Shown one piece after another: positions 10,244 through 20,779 of a stretch of 64,000 bases of DNA. Within the stretch, counting starts at the first letter, position 1. The number at the start of each line of letters is the position of its first letter. A program made the translations under genes and the position numbers. The stretch is from a virus (lineage: Duplodnaviria; Caudoviricetes). Where the stretch lies: IMG/VR virus record IMGVR_UViG_3300031555_004294, positions 224,001-288,000 of that record; one strand, 5' to 3'. A model generated the notes under the pieces. That model was not told the DNA's origin. It was given only the letters and a program-made list of their open reading frames with translations, and did no database searches.

Positions 10244-10810
10244 ATGAGGAGAAAAATAAAAATGGGCAATGATACAGTTTTTGTAAGAGACAGAGAAATC
10301 GTATATTCTGGTATACTTGATGCTGAAAATGTAGGTAAGGTAATCTTATCTATCCGTTCAATGGTAAATGAAGATAATGAGAAAGAAGCTAATCTTAAGA
10401 ATTTTAAGAGAGAACCAATTCATCTTCATATTTCTTCAACTGGTGGATCAGTTTATCATACACTCGGACTTTATGATTTGATAGAAACTTCTAGAACTCC
10501 TATCATTACATATGGTCATGGTTGTATTATGAGTGCCGCAGTTATACTGTTTTTAGCAGGTTATAAACGTGTTTGTGGAAAACATGCTACATTTATGATG
10601 CATGAAGCTTCACAAGGCATGAATGACTATGCGTCAATCATTCATAAGAAATCTGAAGAAATAAGCCGTTTAGAAAATCTTATGAGAGATATAGTTGTCA
10701 ACAGAACTAAAGTATCTGGCAAACAGTATGATAAATGGAACAATGAAAGAGAAGTTTATCTTAGTGCTGAAGACGCCTTAAAGTTTGGTATTGTACATGA
10801 AATTCTTTAA
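10244..10810 (+). CDS. ClpP-like serine protease
   Basis: PIHLHISSTGGSV, CIMSAA (catalytic Ser), FMMHE (His), YLSAEDALKFGIVHEI. Confidence 0.88.
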   Translation: MRRKIKMGNDTVFVRDREIVYSGILDAENVGKVILSIRSMVNEDNEKEANLKNFKREPIHLHISSTGGSVYHTLGLYDLIETSRTPIITYGHGCIMSAAVILFLAGYKRVCGKHATFMMHEASQGMNDYASIIHKKSEEISRLENLMRDIVVNRTKVSGKQYDKWNNEREVYLSAEDALKFGIVHEIL

Positions 10811-10827
10811 CAAGAGGAGAACTTTCT

Positions 10828-11724
10828 ATGAAACAACAAGATTACATTCAGTACATTGAGATAGATAAAAATAAAACTACAAAACTAGTAACTATCTCAT
10901 TTGCTGAACTTCAAAAATATAGAAATTGCATAGACTGGAGCTATATTTGTAGCAACATAACAAAGGAAACTTGCACACAAGAATTTTATACTAAGTTCTT
11001 CGATAAACTATTTTGGAATAATACTCATTTTCTTAATTTTGTAGAGGATGAAGATGATTTAACAAAATTTTCTGATAAAATTAGTGCAAGTACTCTTTTT
11101 AAAACTAAACCTAATTTGAGTGAGGATTTTTGCAAAAAGTATATTTCCAGATATAGAGACGATGTGGAATCTTGGGGTTACAGAAATGTATCTGTAGAAA
11201 TGCTTAAATGGAACAAAAATTTGACAACTGACTTCATGGAAGAAATTTTCCAAGATATGTGTAGTATGGATGATGAATACAATCATCGTAAACCTTATAT
11301 TGCTGAAGCAATTGTAGATGGAAAACAACCAATTACAACATCACAGTATGTCAAGTATATTGAAGGTGAACTTGACGGAGCATTTTCTAAATTTAAGAAA
11401 TTTGCAGTTTTAGTAAATCCTAGAAATAACTTTTCTGAAAAGTTTATAAGAGAACACAAACGAGATTTCAACCAAGTTAGTTTCCTTGGTACAGATCAAG
11501 TAAAGGAACTTTTAGCATTTACAGAGAATCCAATATCTGAAAATGCGTTAAGAATTTTTAAGGCAAAGATCGACTATGTTCATCTGCTTAACAAACTAAC
11601 CAGACCTGAGCTTCTTGATAGTATGGTTAAAGTTTGTAAGAAAGAACTTTTTGATGTTATGATTAAAAAATCAGGTGATCTAAAAAATCAAAATAACTTA
11701 GACTATCTGAAACGCATAATGTAA
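10828..11724 (+). CDS. Hypothetical protein with degenerate tryptophan-like repeats
   Basis: IDWSYIC, LSEDFC, FSEKFIREH segments. Confidence 0.65.
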   Translation: MKQQDYIQYIEIDKNKTTKLVTISFAELQKYRNCIDWSYICSNITKETCTQEFYTKFFDKLFWNNTHFLNFVEDEDDLTKFSDKISASTLFKTKPNLSEDFCKKYISRYRDDVESWGYRNVSVEMLKWNKNLTTDFMEEIFQDMCSMDDEYNHRKPYIAEAIVDGKQPITTSQYVKYIEGELDGAFSKFKKFAVLVNPRNNFSEKFIREHKRDFNQVSFLGTDQVKELLAFTENPISENALRIFKAKIDYVHLLNKLTRPELLDSMVKVCKKELFDVMIKKSGDLKNQNNLDYLKRIM

Positions 11725-11817
11725 TCTGTATTTTAAAGAAGTTGAAGTATATATTTTAACTGTGAATTAGAACTTAAAACATTCTACTAATCTTTATTTA
11801 CACAAAGGAGAAATAAC

Positions 11818-12294
11818 ATGAAGTCCTATCTCGAAACAAAGAAGATCATTGAGAAAATTGAATCATTGGTAAAAAAGTATGACATTGACAATGAAGATTT
11901 TAAACAAGACTTGTTCTTAATGTTATGGACTGAAAAAGATAACATTGAGTCTGAGTCTTCTTTAAATGATTTTCTTTCCAAGCGTATCTTTGCAGAAATT
12001 GAGAAAGAAGAAACCAATGACATTGAAATTGTGTCACTTGATAAGGAAATTCTAGATAATTCGCAAAGAAGAATTAATAACCGCATTGGGTTGAAATATG
12101 ACATACACAGTGTTCTTATAGATTCTTTAACTCCAGACGAAAGATGTATCATAGAGGAAGTTTTTGGTATAAAACAACATTCTGCAGCTGAACTTGATCA
12201 CTTACTATCCACATATCATGTTACAGAACTTTTAAACAGAGCAATGGAGAAATTAAGAAATCCTAAATACGTGTTCTTAAAGGAATACATGTAA
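11818..12294 (+). CDS. Divergent sigma-factor-like protein (sigma70 region-4-like C-terminus)
   Basis: EDFKQDLFL...; LTPDERCIIEEVFGI...ELLNRAMEKLRNP resembles sigma region 4. Confidence 0.5.
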   Translation: MKSYLETKKIIEKIESLVKKYDIDNEDFKQDLFLMLWTEKDNIESESSLNDFLSKRIFAEIEKEETNDIEIVSLDKEILDNSQRRINNRIGLKYDIHSVLIDSLTPDERCIIEEVFGIKQHSAAELDHLLSTYHVTELLNRAMEKLRNPKYVFLKEYM

Positions 12295-12301
12295 GTATAA
12301 T

Positions 12302-12712
12302 ATGGAAAATGGCAATAATAAATTCTTTCAAGAAGCAAAAGATGTAGCAAAACTCTCAACTTTCTATAAATGTCATACTGGATGTGTTATTGTATATAAG
12401 AATCGCATAATCTCATCTGGTTGTAATTCTACTAAAACACATCCTTTACAAAGAAAGTACAACAAAGAACGATTTGATGATGACAATACACCGCATTATA
12501 TGCATGCAGAGGTACAAGCTCTAACCAATCTGATAAATGACGATTCTATAAAATGGAAGAAAGTTCATATATACAACTATCGGATATCTAAAAATAAATA
12601 TGCAATTTCAAGACCATGTGCTTCTTGCATGGCATTGATTAAACATCTTGGAATCCATCATTTGCATTACACAACAAATGATGGATTTACATATGAGTTT
12701 TTAGACTATTAA
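12302..12712 (+). CDS. Zn-dependent cytidine/CMP-type deaminase
   Basis: HTGCVIV...GCN, HAE, SRPCASC. Confidence 0.85.
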   Translation: MENGNNKFFQEAKDVAKLSTFYKCHTGCVIVYKNRIISSGCNSTKTHPLQRKYNKERFDDDNTPHYMHAEVQALTNLINDDSIKWKKVHIYNYRISKNKYAISRPCASCMALIKHLGIHHLHYTTNDGFTYEFLDY

Positions 12713-12777
12713 AAATAGAAATATAAATTCCTCCTTCAACAAAATATTATAATCTTCGTTGTAAGGGGGTATTATAA

Positions 12778-13035
12778 ATGTGTTACGATAGTATAAATGA
12801 CAGAATTCATGCTGAAGCAGAATACATTGTCGTACATAAAGCAACTGTTAGAGAAGCAGCTAGGGTATTTGGATTAAGTAAATCAACTATTTTTGTAGAT
12901 GTAACCGACAGGTTATATTGGTTGGACTATGATTTATATAATCAGGTTAAGTTAGCACTCCAGTATAATAAAAACATGCGTGCTATAAGAGGTGGTTTAG
13001 CTACCAAATATAAGTATGCTAGTATGAAGAAATAA
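12778..13035 (+). CDS. spoIIID: SpoIIID-family sporulation transcription regulator homologue
   Basis: KATVREAARVFGLSKSTIFVDVTDRL...VKLALQYNKNMRAIRGGLATKYKY closely follows the SpoIIID consensus (ATVR.AK.FGVSKSTVHKDLTERL...NK..RHIRGG.ATK.KY). Confidence 0.9.
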   Translation: MCYDSINDRIHAEAEYIVVHKATVREAARVFGLSKSTIFVDVTDRLYWLDYDLYNQVKLALQYNKNMRAIRGGLATKYKYASMKK

Positions 13036-13041
13036 AATTAA

Positions 13042-13082
13042 AATAGGAATTCTTGTTATGGGAATTCCTATTTTTTTTTTTT
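13042..13082 (+). terminator. Intrinsic terminator after spoIIID
   Basis: AATAGGAATTC/GAATTCCTATT stem plus long T run. Confidence 0.8.
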
Positions 13083-13145
13083 GTTAAATTTACTTTCAAA
13101 TATATATAATGATTGTGTAAAATAATAAAAAGGAAATAACCATTT

Positions 13146-13469
13146 ATGTTACTTTTTAAAAAATTGAAAGAAAGAAAGTTTAGACAGAAACAGATAGAAT
13201 TTGAGTTTAGATTAAATTCTTTGGAAAGTTTAAAACGTAGTATAGAGCATGCTAGAGAAATAGGTGTTACGGATTTTTATATAGAATTAACAAGGCCTAG
13301 TAATGTTAATGCAATTTGGACTGCTAGGACTGTATATTACCATGCTGGAGTTAAAAATATAAAGGAAAAAGAAATTGAAAAATGTATTAAAAAATGGTTA
13401 AAAGAAGAAAAATATAAAAAAATAAAAACTTTTAAAGATCCATACGTAATATACATACGTCTTAAGTAA
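13146..13469 (+). CDS. Hypothetical protein (probable paralogue of 13747-14133)
   Basis: Shared N-terminal pattern KERxxRxKQxxF and WLK motif. Confidence 0.65.
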   Translation: MLLFKKLKERKFRQKQIEFEFRLNSLESLKRSIEHAREIGVTDFYIELTRPSNVNAIWTARTVYYHAGVKNIKEKEIEKCIKKWLKEEKYKKIKTFKDPYVIYIRLK

Positions 13470-13489
13470 TAAAGGAGATAAAAATTTTT

Positions 13490-13750
13490 ATGAGTTTATA
13501 TGACGATTATCGTGCAGACATCCAATTTAGTAGAGATTTCCCATTTGGTATGCCGTCAGATACTTGGACCACTAAAGATGGTATAAAAATTAAATTAGCT
13601 GACATGACAGAGAAACATATAAAAAACTGTATGAAACTAGTTGGTGAAGATGATGATTGGTATTGGAAGTTTGAAGAAGAATTAAAAAGAAGAGGTAAAC
13701 ACTCTAGAAAGATTGTAATAAAACGAAAGGGCTATTCTGATATAAAATGA
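13490..13750 (+). CDS. Hypothetical protein
   Basis: WTTKDG..IKLADMTEKHIKNC; RBS present. Confidence 0.7.
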   Translation: MSLYDDYRADIQFSRDFPFGMPSDTWTTKDGIKIKLADMTEKHIKNCMKLVGEDDDWYWKFEEELKRRGKHSRKIVIKRKGYSDIK

Positions 13751-14133
13751 TTAAGAGATTGATTCAAAAGAAAAAAGAAAAAGAACTTAGAAGGAAACAA
13801 GTTAAATTTGATCTTGAATTACTTTGTTTAGATGATTTACGTAAAGCATTAGAACATAGTATGAGTAGAACAGATATTACTCTTCACCACTATAATATTG
13901 GAATTGGAGTTAGAGGAGGTATATATCACGACATTACATTGTACGATTATACTATTTACCATCAGAATATAACTGATTCAACATATGTAATAGAACGATG
14001 GTTAAAACAAAATGGTTATGTTTATCGTTCTATAAGATATTTTCACTATAATGTCATAGAAGTAGACTTAATTAAAACTAGAAAAAATATTATAAAAACA
14101 GAAAGAAAGGGATTGAAGAATGGCAGAAACTAA
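13747..14133 (+). CDS. Hypothetical protein
   Basis: ATGA overlap with upstream gene. Confidence 0.65.
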   Translation: MIKRLIQKKKEKELRRKQVKFDLELLCLDDLRKALEHSMSRTDITLHHYNIGIGVRGGIYHDITLYDYTIYHQNITDSTYVIERWLKQNGYVYRSIRYFHYNVIEVDLIKTRKNIIKTERKGLKNGRN

Positions 14134-16471
14134 GAAAAATCTAACTTATAACGAGGATAGTATTAAAGTACAGCAATATCCTGATAACGTAAGATCCAAT
14201 CCAACTGTCTACATTAGTAGCTTAGGTAAAGAAGGAAATTCACACCTTTTAAGAGAGGTAATTGATAACTCTATCGACGAATTCTTGAATGGATTTGGAG
14301 AAACAATTACAATTGAAGTTTCTAATAAAAATGGAGTCTTCAGAGTAATAGATGAGGGACGTGGTGTTCCTGCAAAGTCTATAGAAAAGGCATTTACTAC
14401 GCTTCATGCTTCAGGAAAATTTGATAAGAACAGTTATAGTACATCAGGTGGTCAGCATGGTCTTGGCAGTACTTGCGTTAACGCACTTAGTAAATATTTC
14501 CTTGTTATTACACATGAGAATGGTCATGAATACTCTCAGAGATTTGAGTATGGTAAGAAAGTTACTGAATTGAAAGATCTAGGTAAATCTACTAAGAAGG
14601 GTACTATAGTAGAATTTGCCCCTGATGAGTCAGTAATGGAAGTAAACCAGATTGATTTAGAGTCCATTAAAGAAGAATGTAAGATGAAGTCCTTTATCAA
14701 CAGTGGACTTACATTAATTATCAAAGATCTTGATGAAAAGAAACAGTCAAAGTATTATCATAAGGATGGTTTAAAGGAATTTGTAGAGCTTAATGCACCA
14801 AAGGCTCTGTTCGTTCCTATTACATTTGCTACTAGTTCTACTGTAAGCAAAGCTAATAAGGAACTGAATGTAGAAATTGAATGTTCTTTCACATACAATA
14901 ACTCCACAGATCCTATCAATATTAAATCCTTCTGTAACTCTATCTATACCAGTGATGGTGGTACTCATGAAACTGGATTTAAGATGGCTTTGACAAATTT
15001 AGTTAAGAAATACATTACAGATAACAATCTACTTTCTAAGAAAGATGAAAAGTTAGAAATTACTGGTGATGCAGTACAGGAAGGTGTAGTTGCAGTTGTA
15101 TCAATTAAACATCCTCATCCTATGTACGATCAACAATCTAAAAAGAAACTTAATTCTACTGAGGTTTCTGGTGCAGTAATGAAGGCTGTTAATACTGAAT
15201 TTGGTAAGTGGATTGAAACTCATACTAAAGAGATGAAAACAATCTGCAATAAAGTCATTGAGTCTGCTAAAGCAAATTCTGCTGCTAAGAGAGCTAAAGA
15301 GCTGGCAAATAAGAAATCTGAAAGTGGAATTACTGCAGTGTCTGACTTATCAAAGTTAGCAAACTGTATTTCTAAAAAGCCTGAAGAATGTGAACTCTTT
15401 GTAGTAGAGGGAAATTCTGCAAGTTCATCTGCTAAGAATGGTAGAGACAAGAACATTCAAGCTGTGTATGCATTAAGAGGTAAAATTCTTAATACTAATA
15501 ACTTAGCTGAAGGTAAAATCTTTGAAAATAAAGAACTTTCAGATTTAATCTACATTTTGACTGGTAAGAAAACTGCAATTGGTAAGAACTTCAATATCGA
15601 AGATATGAAGTATCATAAACTTGTAGTATTAACTGACGCGGACGACGATGGATTACACATAGCAAGTCTTATCTTAGGATTTGTATATAGACACGCAAAG
15701 CCTATTTTGGATGCAGGTTATATGTATATTGCAATGCCTCCCCTTTACTCCATTGTAGAAAGAAATAAGAAGAGATATTTCCTCAATCAAGAAGAGTATG
15801 ATGCTTACATTGATGAGAAGATTTTTGAAACTTATACTTTCACAGAGGATGGAGTTGTTTATGGTAAGGGTAAAGTAAGAACTAGATTAAAGCAGTTTGA
15901 AAACTACAAGAAACAGGTTACTAAACTTGCAATTGACAATGCTATGAATGTTAATTTAATTGATGATGTTTGTCGTTTCTTAAGAAAAAATGAAAAAGCT
16001 GACAGTAAAGCAATTATGACATTCATTAAGTCTATTGGAGATTTTGAAATCTTCAAGAATGAGGAAGGTAATACTGAACTTAATGGACTTTACAATGATA
16101 CATTTGTAAATGCAGTTGTTAAAGATTTGGTTAAAGTTGCTAAGAAAGCTAAGGAACTTCTAAACGAATTTCCTAAGTCATTTAAAATTGGTGATGATGA
16201 AATTAGTATCATGAACTATGAAGCTATGTATCAGCAGGTTACACCTAAATCTAGAAGTCGCTTTAAGGGACTTGGCGAAATGGATGCTAGTGAACTTTGG
16301 GAAACTACCCTTGATCCTTCAGTAAGAAACATCATGCAAGTAGTTCTTTCTGATGATGAAAAGACTGATGATGTTATGGATACCTTATTAAATTCCAATA
16401 GCAAATATGCAGATAAGCGTAAGGTATTTTTAATGAAGAATCAACAAAAGATCAAAGAACTAGAGATTTAA
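14120..16471 (+). CDS. gyrB: DNA gyrase/type IIA topoisomerase subunit B
   Basis: EVIDNSIDE, DEGRGVP, LHASGKF, VVEGNSA, ALRGKILN, TDADDDG, RFKGLGEM. Confidence 0.95.
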   Translation: MAETKKNLTYNEDSIKVQQYPDNVRSNPTVYISSLGKEGNSHLLREVIDNSIDEFLNGFGETITIEVSNKNGVFRVIDEGRGVPAKSIEKAFTTLHASGKFDKNSYSTSGGQHGLGSTCVNALSKYFLVITHENGHEYSQRFEYGKKVTELKDLGKSTKKGTIVEFAPDESVMEVNQIDLESIKEECKMKSFINSGLTLIIKDLDEKKQSKYYHKDGLKEFVELNAPKALFVPITFATSSTVSKANKELNVEIECSFTYNNSTDPINIKSFCNSIYTSDGGTHETGFKMALTNLVKKYITDNNLLSKKDEKLEITGDAVQEGVVAVVSIKHPHPMYDQQSKKKLNSTEVSGAVMKAVNTEFGKWIETHTKEMKTICNKVIESAKANSAAKRAKELANKKSESGITAVSDLSKLANCISKKPEECELFVVEGNSASSSAKNGRDKNIQAVYALRGKILNTNNLAEGKIFENKELSDLIYILTGKKTAIGKNFNIEDMKYHKLVVLTDADDDGLHIASLILGFVYRHAKPILDAGYMYIAMPPLYSIVERNKKRYFLNQEEYDAYIDEKIFETYTFTEDGVVYGKGKVRTRLKQFENYKKQVTKLAIDNAMNVNLIDDVCRFLRKNEKADSKAIMTFIKSIGDFEIFKNEEGNTELNGLYNDTFVNAVVKDLVKVAKKAKELLNEFPKSFKIGDDEISIMNYEAMYQQVTPKSRSRFKGLGEMDASELWETTLDPSVRNIMQVVLSDDEKTDDVMDTLLNSNSKYADKRKVFLMKNQQKIKELEI

Positions 16472-16574
16472 AACTACAAGAGAGAATGTATTAATTTACA
16501 TTCTCTCTTTTTTTCTTGTTAAATCATAAAACCAACATTTTTATATAAGAATTTTACAAAAGGAGAACTATACT

Positions 16575-16925
16575 ATGGCACAGGTTACAATTGATGCTAC
16601 TAATAACAATAAAACGACAAATGTTAGAAAAAATGTAAATCCAAAGTATGATCAAACGATCACTGCACTTAAAAAGTGGACTATCGAGAATTTTTATTTT
16701 AACAACAATACAGTTCACTATTTACACCCTGAAACACAATATACTACACAGTTAAGCACATCAATTAAATGCAATGAAGTGGTATATAAAAAGTCTGAAT
16801 TTGATACTGCGTTATCTCATCTGATGTATATTTGTATCGTAGTTGGTAAGACTATGGAAGAAACAGAAAGAATTGCAGCTATCGAAGAATTATGTCAGTC
16901 AGTAAATGACGAATCTGAACTATGA
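16575..16925 (+). CDS. Hypothetical protein
   Basis: AAGGAG RBS, AACA-N6-TA motif upstream. Confidence 0.75.
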   Translation: MAQVTIDATNNNKTTNVRKNVNPKYDQTITALKKWTIENFYFNNNTVHYLHPETQYTTQLSTSIKCNEVVYKKSEFDTALSHLMYICIVVGKTMEETERIAAIEELCQSVNDESEL

Positions 16926-17064
16926 ATCCCATCCCTAAGATGGAATAGAACGAGAAAACGTAAGAAATTTTAAATTTTCATTAACTTCTAATCTCCTTTT
17001 TATCTATATATTATGTCTTGGTAACTAAAAATATTTGATTCATCAGGAGGTTTCTAAAAATAAT

Positions 17065-17505
17065 ATGTACAGTTTTGGAAAAGAAGTAAGGGATTTAAAA
17101 GAAGCAGAAAAAATTGCTATTGAAATGATTGAGAAAGGAAAGTTTAATAACTTTCTAAAAAAGGCAAAAATAAATAAAGTATTCTTAATTGACAACATTA
17201 CGGTAGCTGAATGTTTTACATTAGGAATTGACTACGATATTTTTCTAGAAGATTGTTTTGATAGTAAAACACAACAGACAGTTATTGATGAAATTAAAAA
17301 ACGAGAAAGCTATGCAGATAATTCACTAATTGTAGGAAATAGCTCAATGTATTTAGAAGATTCAGATGATTTGTTATTTGGATTCTTTTTATGTAGTGAC
17401 GCTTTTTCTAAAACTAATAGTGATAAAATACTTCTTTTAGCTATAGGATTTGCTTTAGGTGAAGATATTGCTGAAGCAATCAAACAATTTGTAATCGTAA
17501 AGTAA
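17065..17505 (+). CDS. Hypothetical protein
   Basis: Start at the ATG after AGGAGG; in frame with ORF 17035-17505. Confidence 0.7.
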   Translation: MYSFGKEVRDLKEAEKIAIEMIEKGKFNNFLKKAKINKVFLIDNITVAECFTLGIDYDIFLEDCFDSKTQQTVIDEIKKRESYADNSLIVGNSSMYLEDSDDLLFGFFLCSDAFSKTNSDKILLLAIGFALGEDIAEAIKQFVIVK

Positions 17506-17577
17506 AATTTTAAAAGAGAATGTTTTATTGAGAAACATTCTCTTTTATCTATTGCTAGATAAGGAGGAAAGTATGTT

Positions 17578-17868
17578 ATGAACAATGGAAAGTATTTCAT
17601 AATCGAGATTGAAGAGATCTTACAAAAACTAGTTGTAGTTAAAGTTCCACCAAATAGTGATGAACATGAAGCTATAAGAAGAGCTAAAGAAAACTATAAA
17701 CATGGATTTTTTAAGTTAGGTTTAGATGACTTAAAAGAAGTCAACTATAATGTTTTTGAGTATAACCATCCTGATGAAGTACAAGAATTAATAGAAAAAG
17801 CAATGTTAGAAGAAGAAAATGAAGATGAATTTAAAGAGTACTTAGAAATTTGTAATTCTGATTTTTAG
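17578..17868 (+). CDS. Hypothetical protein (DpnD/PcfM-like pattern)
   Basis: IEIEEILQKLVVV...EAIRRAKENYKHG..KL..DD. Confidence 0.55.
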   Translation: MNNGKYFIIEIEEILQKLVVVKVPPNSDEHEAIRRAKENYKHGFFKLGLDDLKEVNYNVFEYNHPDEVQELIEKAMLEEENEDEFKEYLEICNSDF

Positions 17869-17879
17869 GAGTACAAAAA

Positions 17880-18173
17880 ATGAAAGAACTAAAATTTGTT
17901 GTAAAACTTAATGATAAAACTTATAACTCTTGGGCGTTTGTAGATAAAGAAATCAAAGAAGTAACTGGTAAATATAGCTTTTTTGGTGAACAAGAATGTT
18001 TTGAAAGTATAGAAGAAGCAAGTCTTTTTATTAAAGACGTGTTATATACTCCTAGAATTAATAGATGGAGACCAGAAGTTGATGAAACTTGGTTTGAAAT
18101 TGTACCAGTTTATTTTTCAAAAGATTTTAAGAGATATGTAACAAAAGAAATATTAGAAGAGGAGAATAAATAA
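17880..18173 (+). CDS. Hypothetical protein
   Basis: ORF with RBS, coupled to gyrA. Confidence 0.7.
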   Translation: MKELKFVVKLNDKTYNSWAFVDKEIKEVTGKYSFFGEQECFESIEEASLFIKDVLYTPRINRWRPEVDETWFEIVPVYFSKDFKRYVTKEILEEENK

Positions 18174-20677
18174 TGGCAGAAAATATAATCAAGAAAGATA
18201 TAATTGACATACAAGAAGATAATATGTTACAGTACATGTTATCACTGATGTATGACAGAGCTATTCCAGATATTAGAGATGGATTAAAACCCGTTCAAAA
18301 ATATGCCATCTGGGAATGTTATACTAGTGGATACCTTCCAAATAAACCTCATGTAAAATGTGCTAAGATTGTAGGTTCTATTATTGGTTCTTGGAGTCCT
18401 CATGGTGATACAAGTGCTTATGATGCGTTGTGTCGATTAGCTCAAGATCATTCCATGTCAATTCCACCAATTGACTTTCATGGTCAGTGTGGATCTATTG
18501 ATGGATCAGGTGCAGCAGCATATCGTTATACCGAAGCAAGACTTAGTAAATATGGTCTTGATTTAATGCAAGAAATTGATAAAGATGCAGTTGACTTTGA
18601 AAAGAACTTTGATGTGTCTAAAGATCAACCTACTGTTCTACCAGTTGTCATTCCAAATATCCTTGTCAATAGTTCAATGGGTATTGCTGGCGGATATGCT
18701 AGTAGTATTCCTCCACACAATATTAAAGATATCTGTAATGTAGTCATTGAATTAATTGACAATCCAAATATGTCAGTTAAAGAAATTGCACATAAACTAA
18801 CACCAGACTTTCCTACAGGTGGTATACTTTGTTCTAAGAAGGATATTGAGAAAGCATACATTACTGGACAAGGTTCAGTTAAACTTCGTGGTAGAGCAAA
18901 TATAGTGAGAAATAAGAATGGAACATCAGAAATTGTAATTACTGAAATTCCATATATGACTACTATTGGTCCTCGTATGTCAGGTACATCAACCAATACA
19001 GATGGTGGCTTAATCAATTCTATAGTCGCTAAGATTAAAGATGGAACTATTGAGGGTATAAAGGACATTCATGACGTTTCTGATAAGAATGGTCTTTGTA
19101 TTAAAGTTTTCATCAAAAAAGACTATGATCCTGATATTATTCTTAATCAGCTGTATAAATTCACTCAGTTAGAGTCTACCTATAAAATTATTCTTGTTTG
19201 TAAAAATGGAAATGACTTCAATGTTTACAATATTAAGAAAATTTTAACTGAATGGTTAGAATTTAGAGCAACTACAATCAGACGTATTATAGCTCATGAC
19301 ATTAAAAAGGCTAAATATAGAGAACATATCTTAGAAGGTTTATTAAAGGCTCTCAAAGATATCGATACTGTTATCAGTATTATCAGGAAAGCTAAAGGCA
19401 GAACTGAAGCTAAAGAAAAGTTAGTTGAAAAATATGGTTTTACTGATCTCCAAGTAGAAGCAATACTTGATATGAAACTGTCTCAACTTAATTCTCTTGA
19501 TGGTAAAAAACTTGAAGATGAAAGAGTAAGCAAACAGAATGAAATTATAACTCTAAAAACTAATCTGAAAGAAGAAAACATCTATAACAGAATTAAGGAA
19601 GAACAAAAAGAGTTTGCTAAGAAATATGGTAAAGATAGAAAAACTACTGTAGAAGAAATTGATACTGAAATTACAACTGAGGATATTATTGCTGATGAAG
19701 ATACACTTATTGTGGTAACTCAAGATAACTATATCAAGAGAGTTTCTAATGAGTTCAAAACTCAGAAACGTGGTACTCAAGGTATTTCTATTGGATCTAA
19801 CAGTATAACTGAAATGTTTGCAGCTTCTACTAAAGACCATTTACTTTGTTTTACTAATACTGGTCGTGTATATGATCTCAAAGCTTATGATATCAAAGAA
19901 TCTAAAGATTTGAAAGCTAAGGGATTGAGAGTTGAAAGTTACTTGAATTTGAAAGAGAATGAAACTGTAACTAATATTCTTTGCATTAGTAATACACAGA
20001 TGAATGATAATGAGTCATTTTTAGTATTTGCTACCAGAAACGGAATGATTAAGAAGACTAAACTAGAAGATTTTAACAACATTCGTTCTAATGGAATTAT
20101 TGCGTTGATGTTAAAAGCTAATGATGAGCTAGTTTGTGTTAAGTATATTGACACTAGTAAAGATATGCAAGACATCTTGATATCTACTAAAAATGCTCAA
20201 ACTGCCAGATATGATCATGAAGAAATCAAAGAGTTAGGTAGAAACACTTATGGTGTAATTGGACTTTGTTTAGAAAATGATGATAAGATTACAGACATGA
20301 CAGTCATAGAAAGTGATGATCAGCTTATCTTCTTTGCTACTAAGCAAGGTTTAGGTAAAACTATTCTAGTTACAGATAATGTTGAAAAAACAGATCCTAA
20401 TTCTAAAGAGAAAACAATCATTAATGATGGCTTTCCAAGATTAAAGCGTTCATCTAACATCAAGGGCAGATTGTGTATGAAACTTAAAAAAGATGATGAA
20501 CTTGTATCTATGGTAGCTGTCAATTCTGAAGAAGATGATTTAATGGTAGTAACAAATACTAAACTTTTAGTAGTTGAATCAGGTGAATTCAGAAAACCTC
20601 TAAAAAGACCAACTTATGGTAAGAAACTAGTAAATCTAACAAATGATGACTTTGTAAGGAAGGTTATTACAAGATAA
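18173..20677 (+). CDS. gyrA: DNA gyrase subunit A with beta-pinwheel CTD
   Basis: RAIPDIRDGLKPVQ, PHGD, AAAYRYTEARL (catalytic Tyr), GyrA-box-like QKRGTQG, CTD repeats. Confidence 0.95.
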   Translation: MAENIIKKDIIDIQEDNMLQYMLSLMYDRAIPDIRDGLKPVQKYAIWECYTSGYLPNKPHVKCAKIVGSIIGSWSPHGDTSAYDALCRLAQDHSMSIPPIDFHGQCGSIDGSGAAAYRYTEARLSKYGLDLMQEIDKDAVDFEKNFDVSKDQPTVLPVVIPNILVNSSMGIAGGYASSIPPHNIKDICNVVIELIDNPNMSVKEIAHKLTPDFPTGGILCSKKDIEKAYITGQGSVKLRGRANIVRNKNGTSEIVITEIPYMTTIGPRMSGTSTNTDGGLINSIVAKIKDGTIEGIKDIHDVSDKNGLCIKVFIKKDYDPDIILNQLYKFTQLESTYKIILVCKNGNDFNVYNIKKILTEWLEFRATTIRRIIAHDIKKAKYREHILEGLLKALKDIDTVISIIRKAKGRTEAKEKLVEKYGFTDLQVEAILDMKLSQLNSLDGKKLEDERVSKQNEIITLKTNLKEENIYNRIKEEQKEFAKKYGKDRKTTVEEIDTEITTEDIIADEDTLIVVTQDNYIKRVSNEFKTQKRGTQGISIGSNSITEMFAASTKDHLLCFTNTGRVYDLKAYDIKESKDLKAKGLRVESYLNLKENETVTNILCISNTQMNDNESFLVFATRNGMIKKTKLEDFNNIRSNGIIALMLKANDELVCVKYIDTSKDMQDILISTKNAQTARYDHEEIKELGRNTYGVIGLCLENDDKITDMTVIESDDQLIFFATKQGLGKTILVTDNVEKTDPNSKEKTIINDGFPRLKRSSNIKGRLCMKLKKDDELVSMVAVNSEEDDLMVVTNTKLLVVESGEFRKPLKRPTYGKKLVNLTNDDFVRKVITR

Positions 20678-20779
20678 TTACAATACTCATCTAACTAAAA
20701 CAAATGATAAAAATGGTTATTTCAAGAATCTAAAATCTTGAAATAACCATTTTAAATTTAATTGGAAGGAATATCCAAA

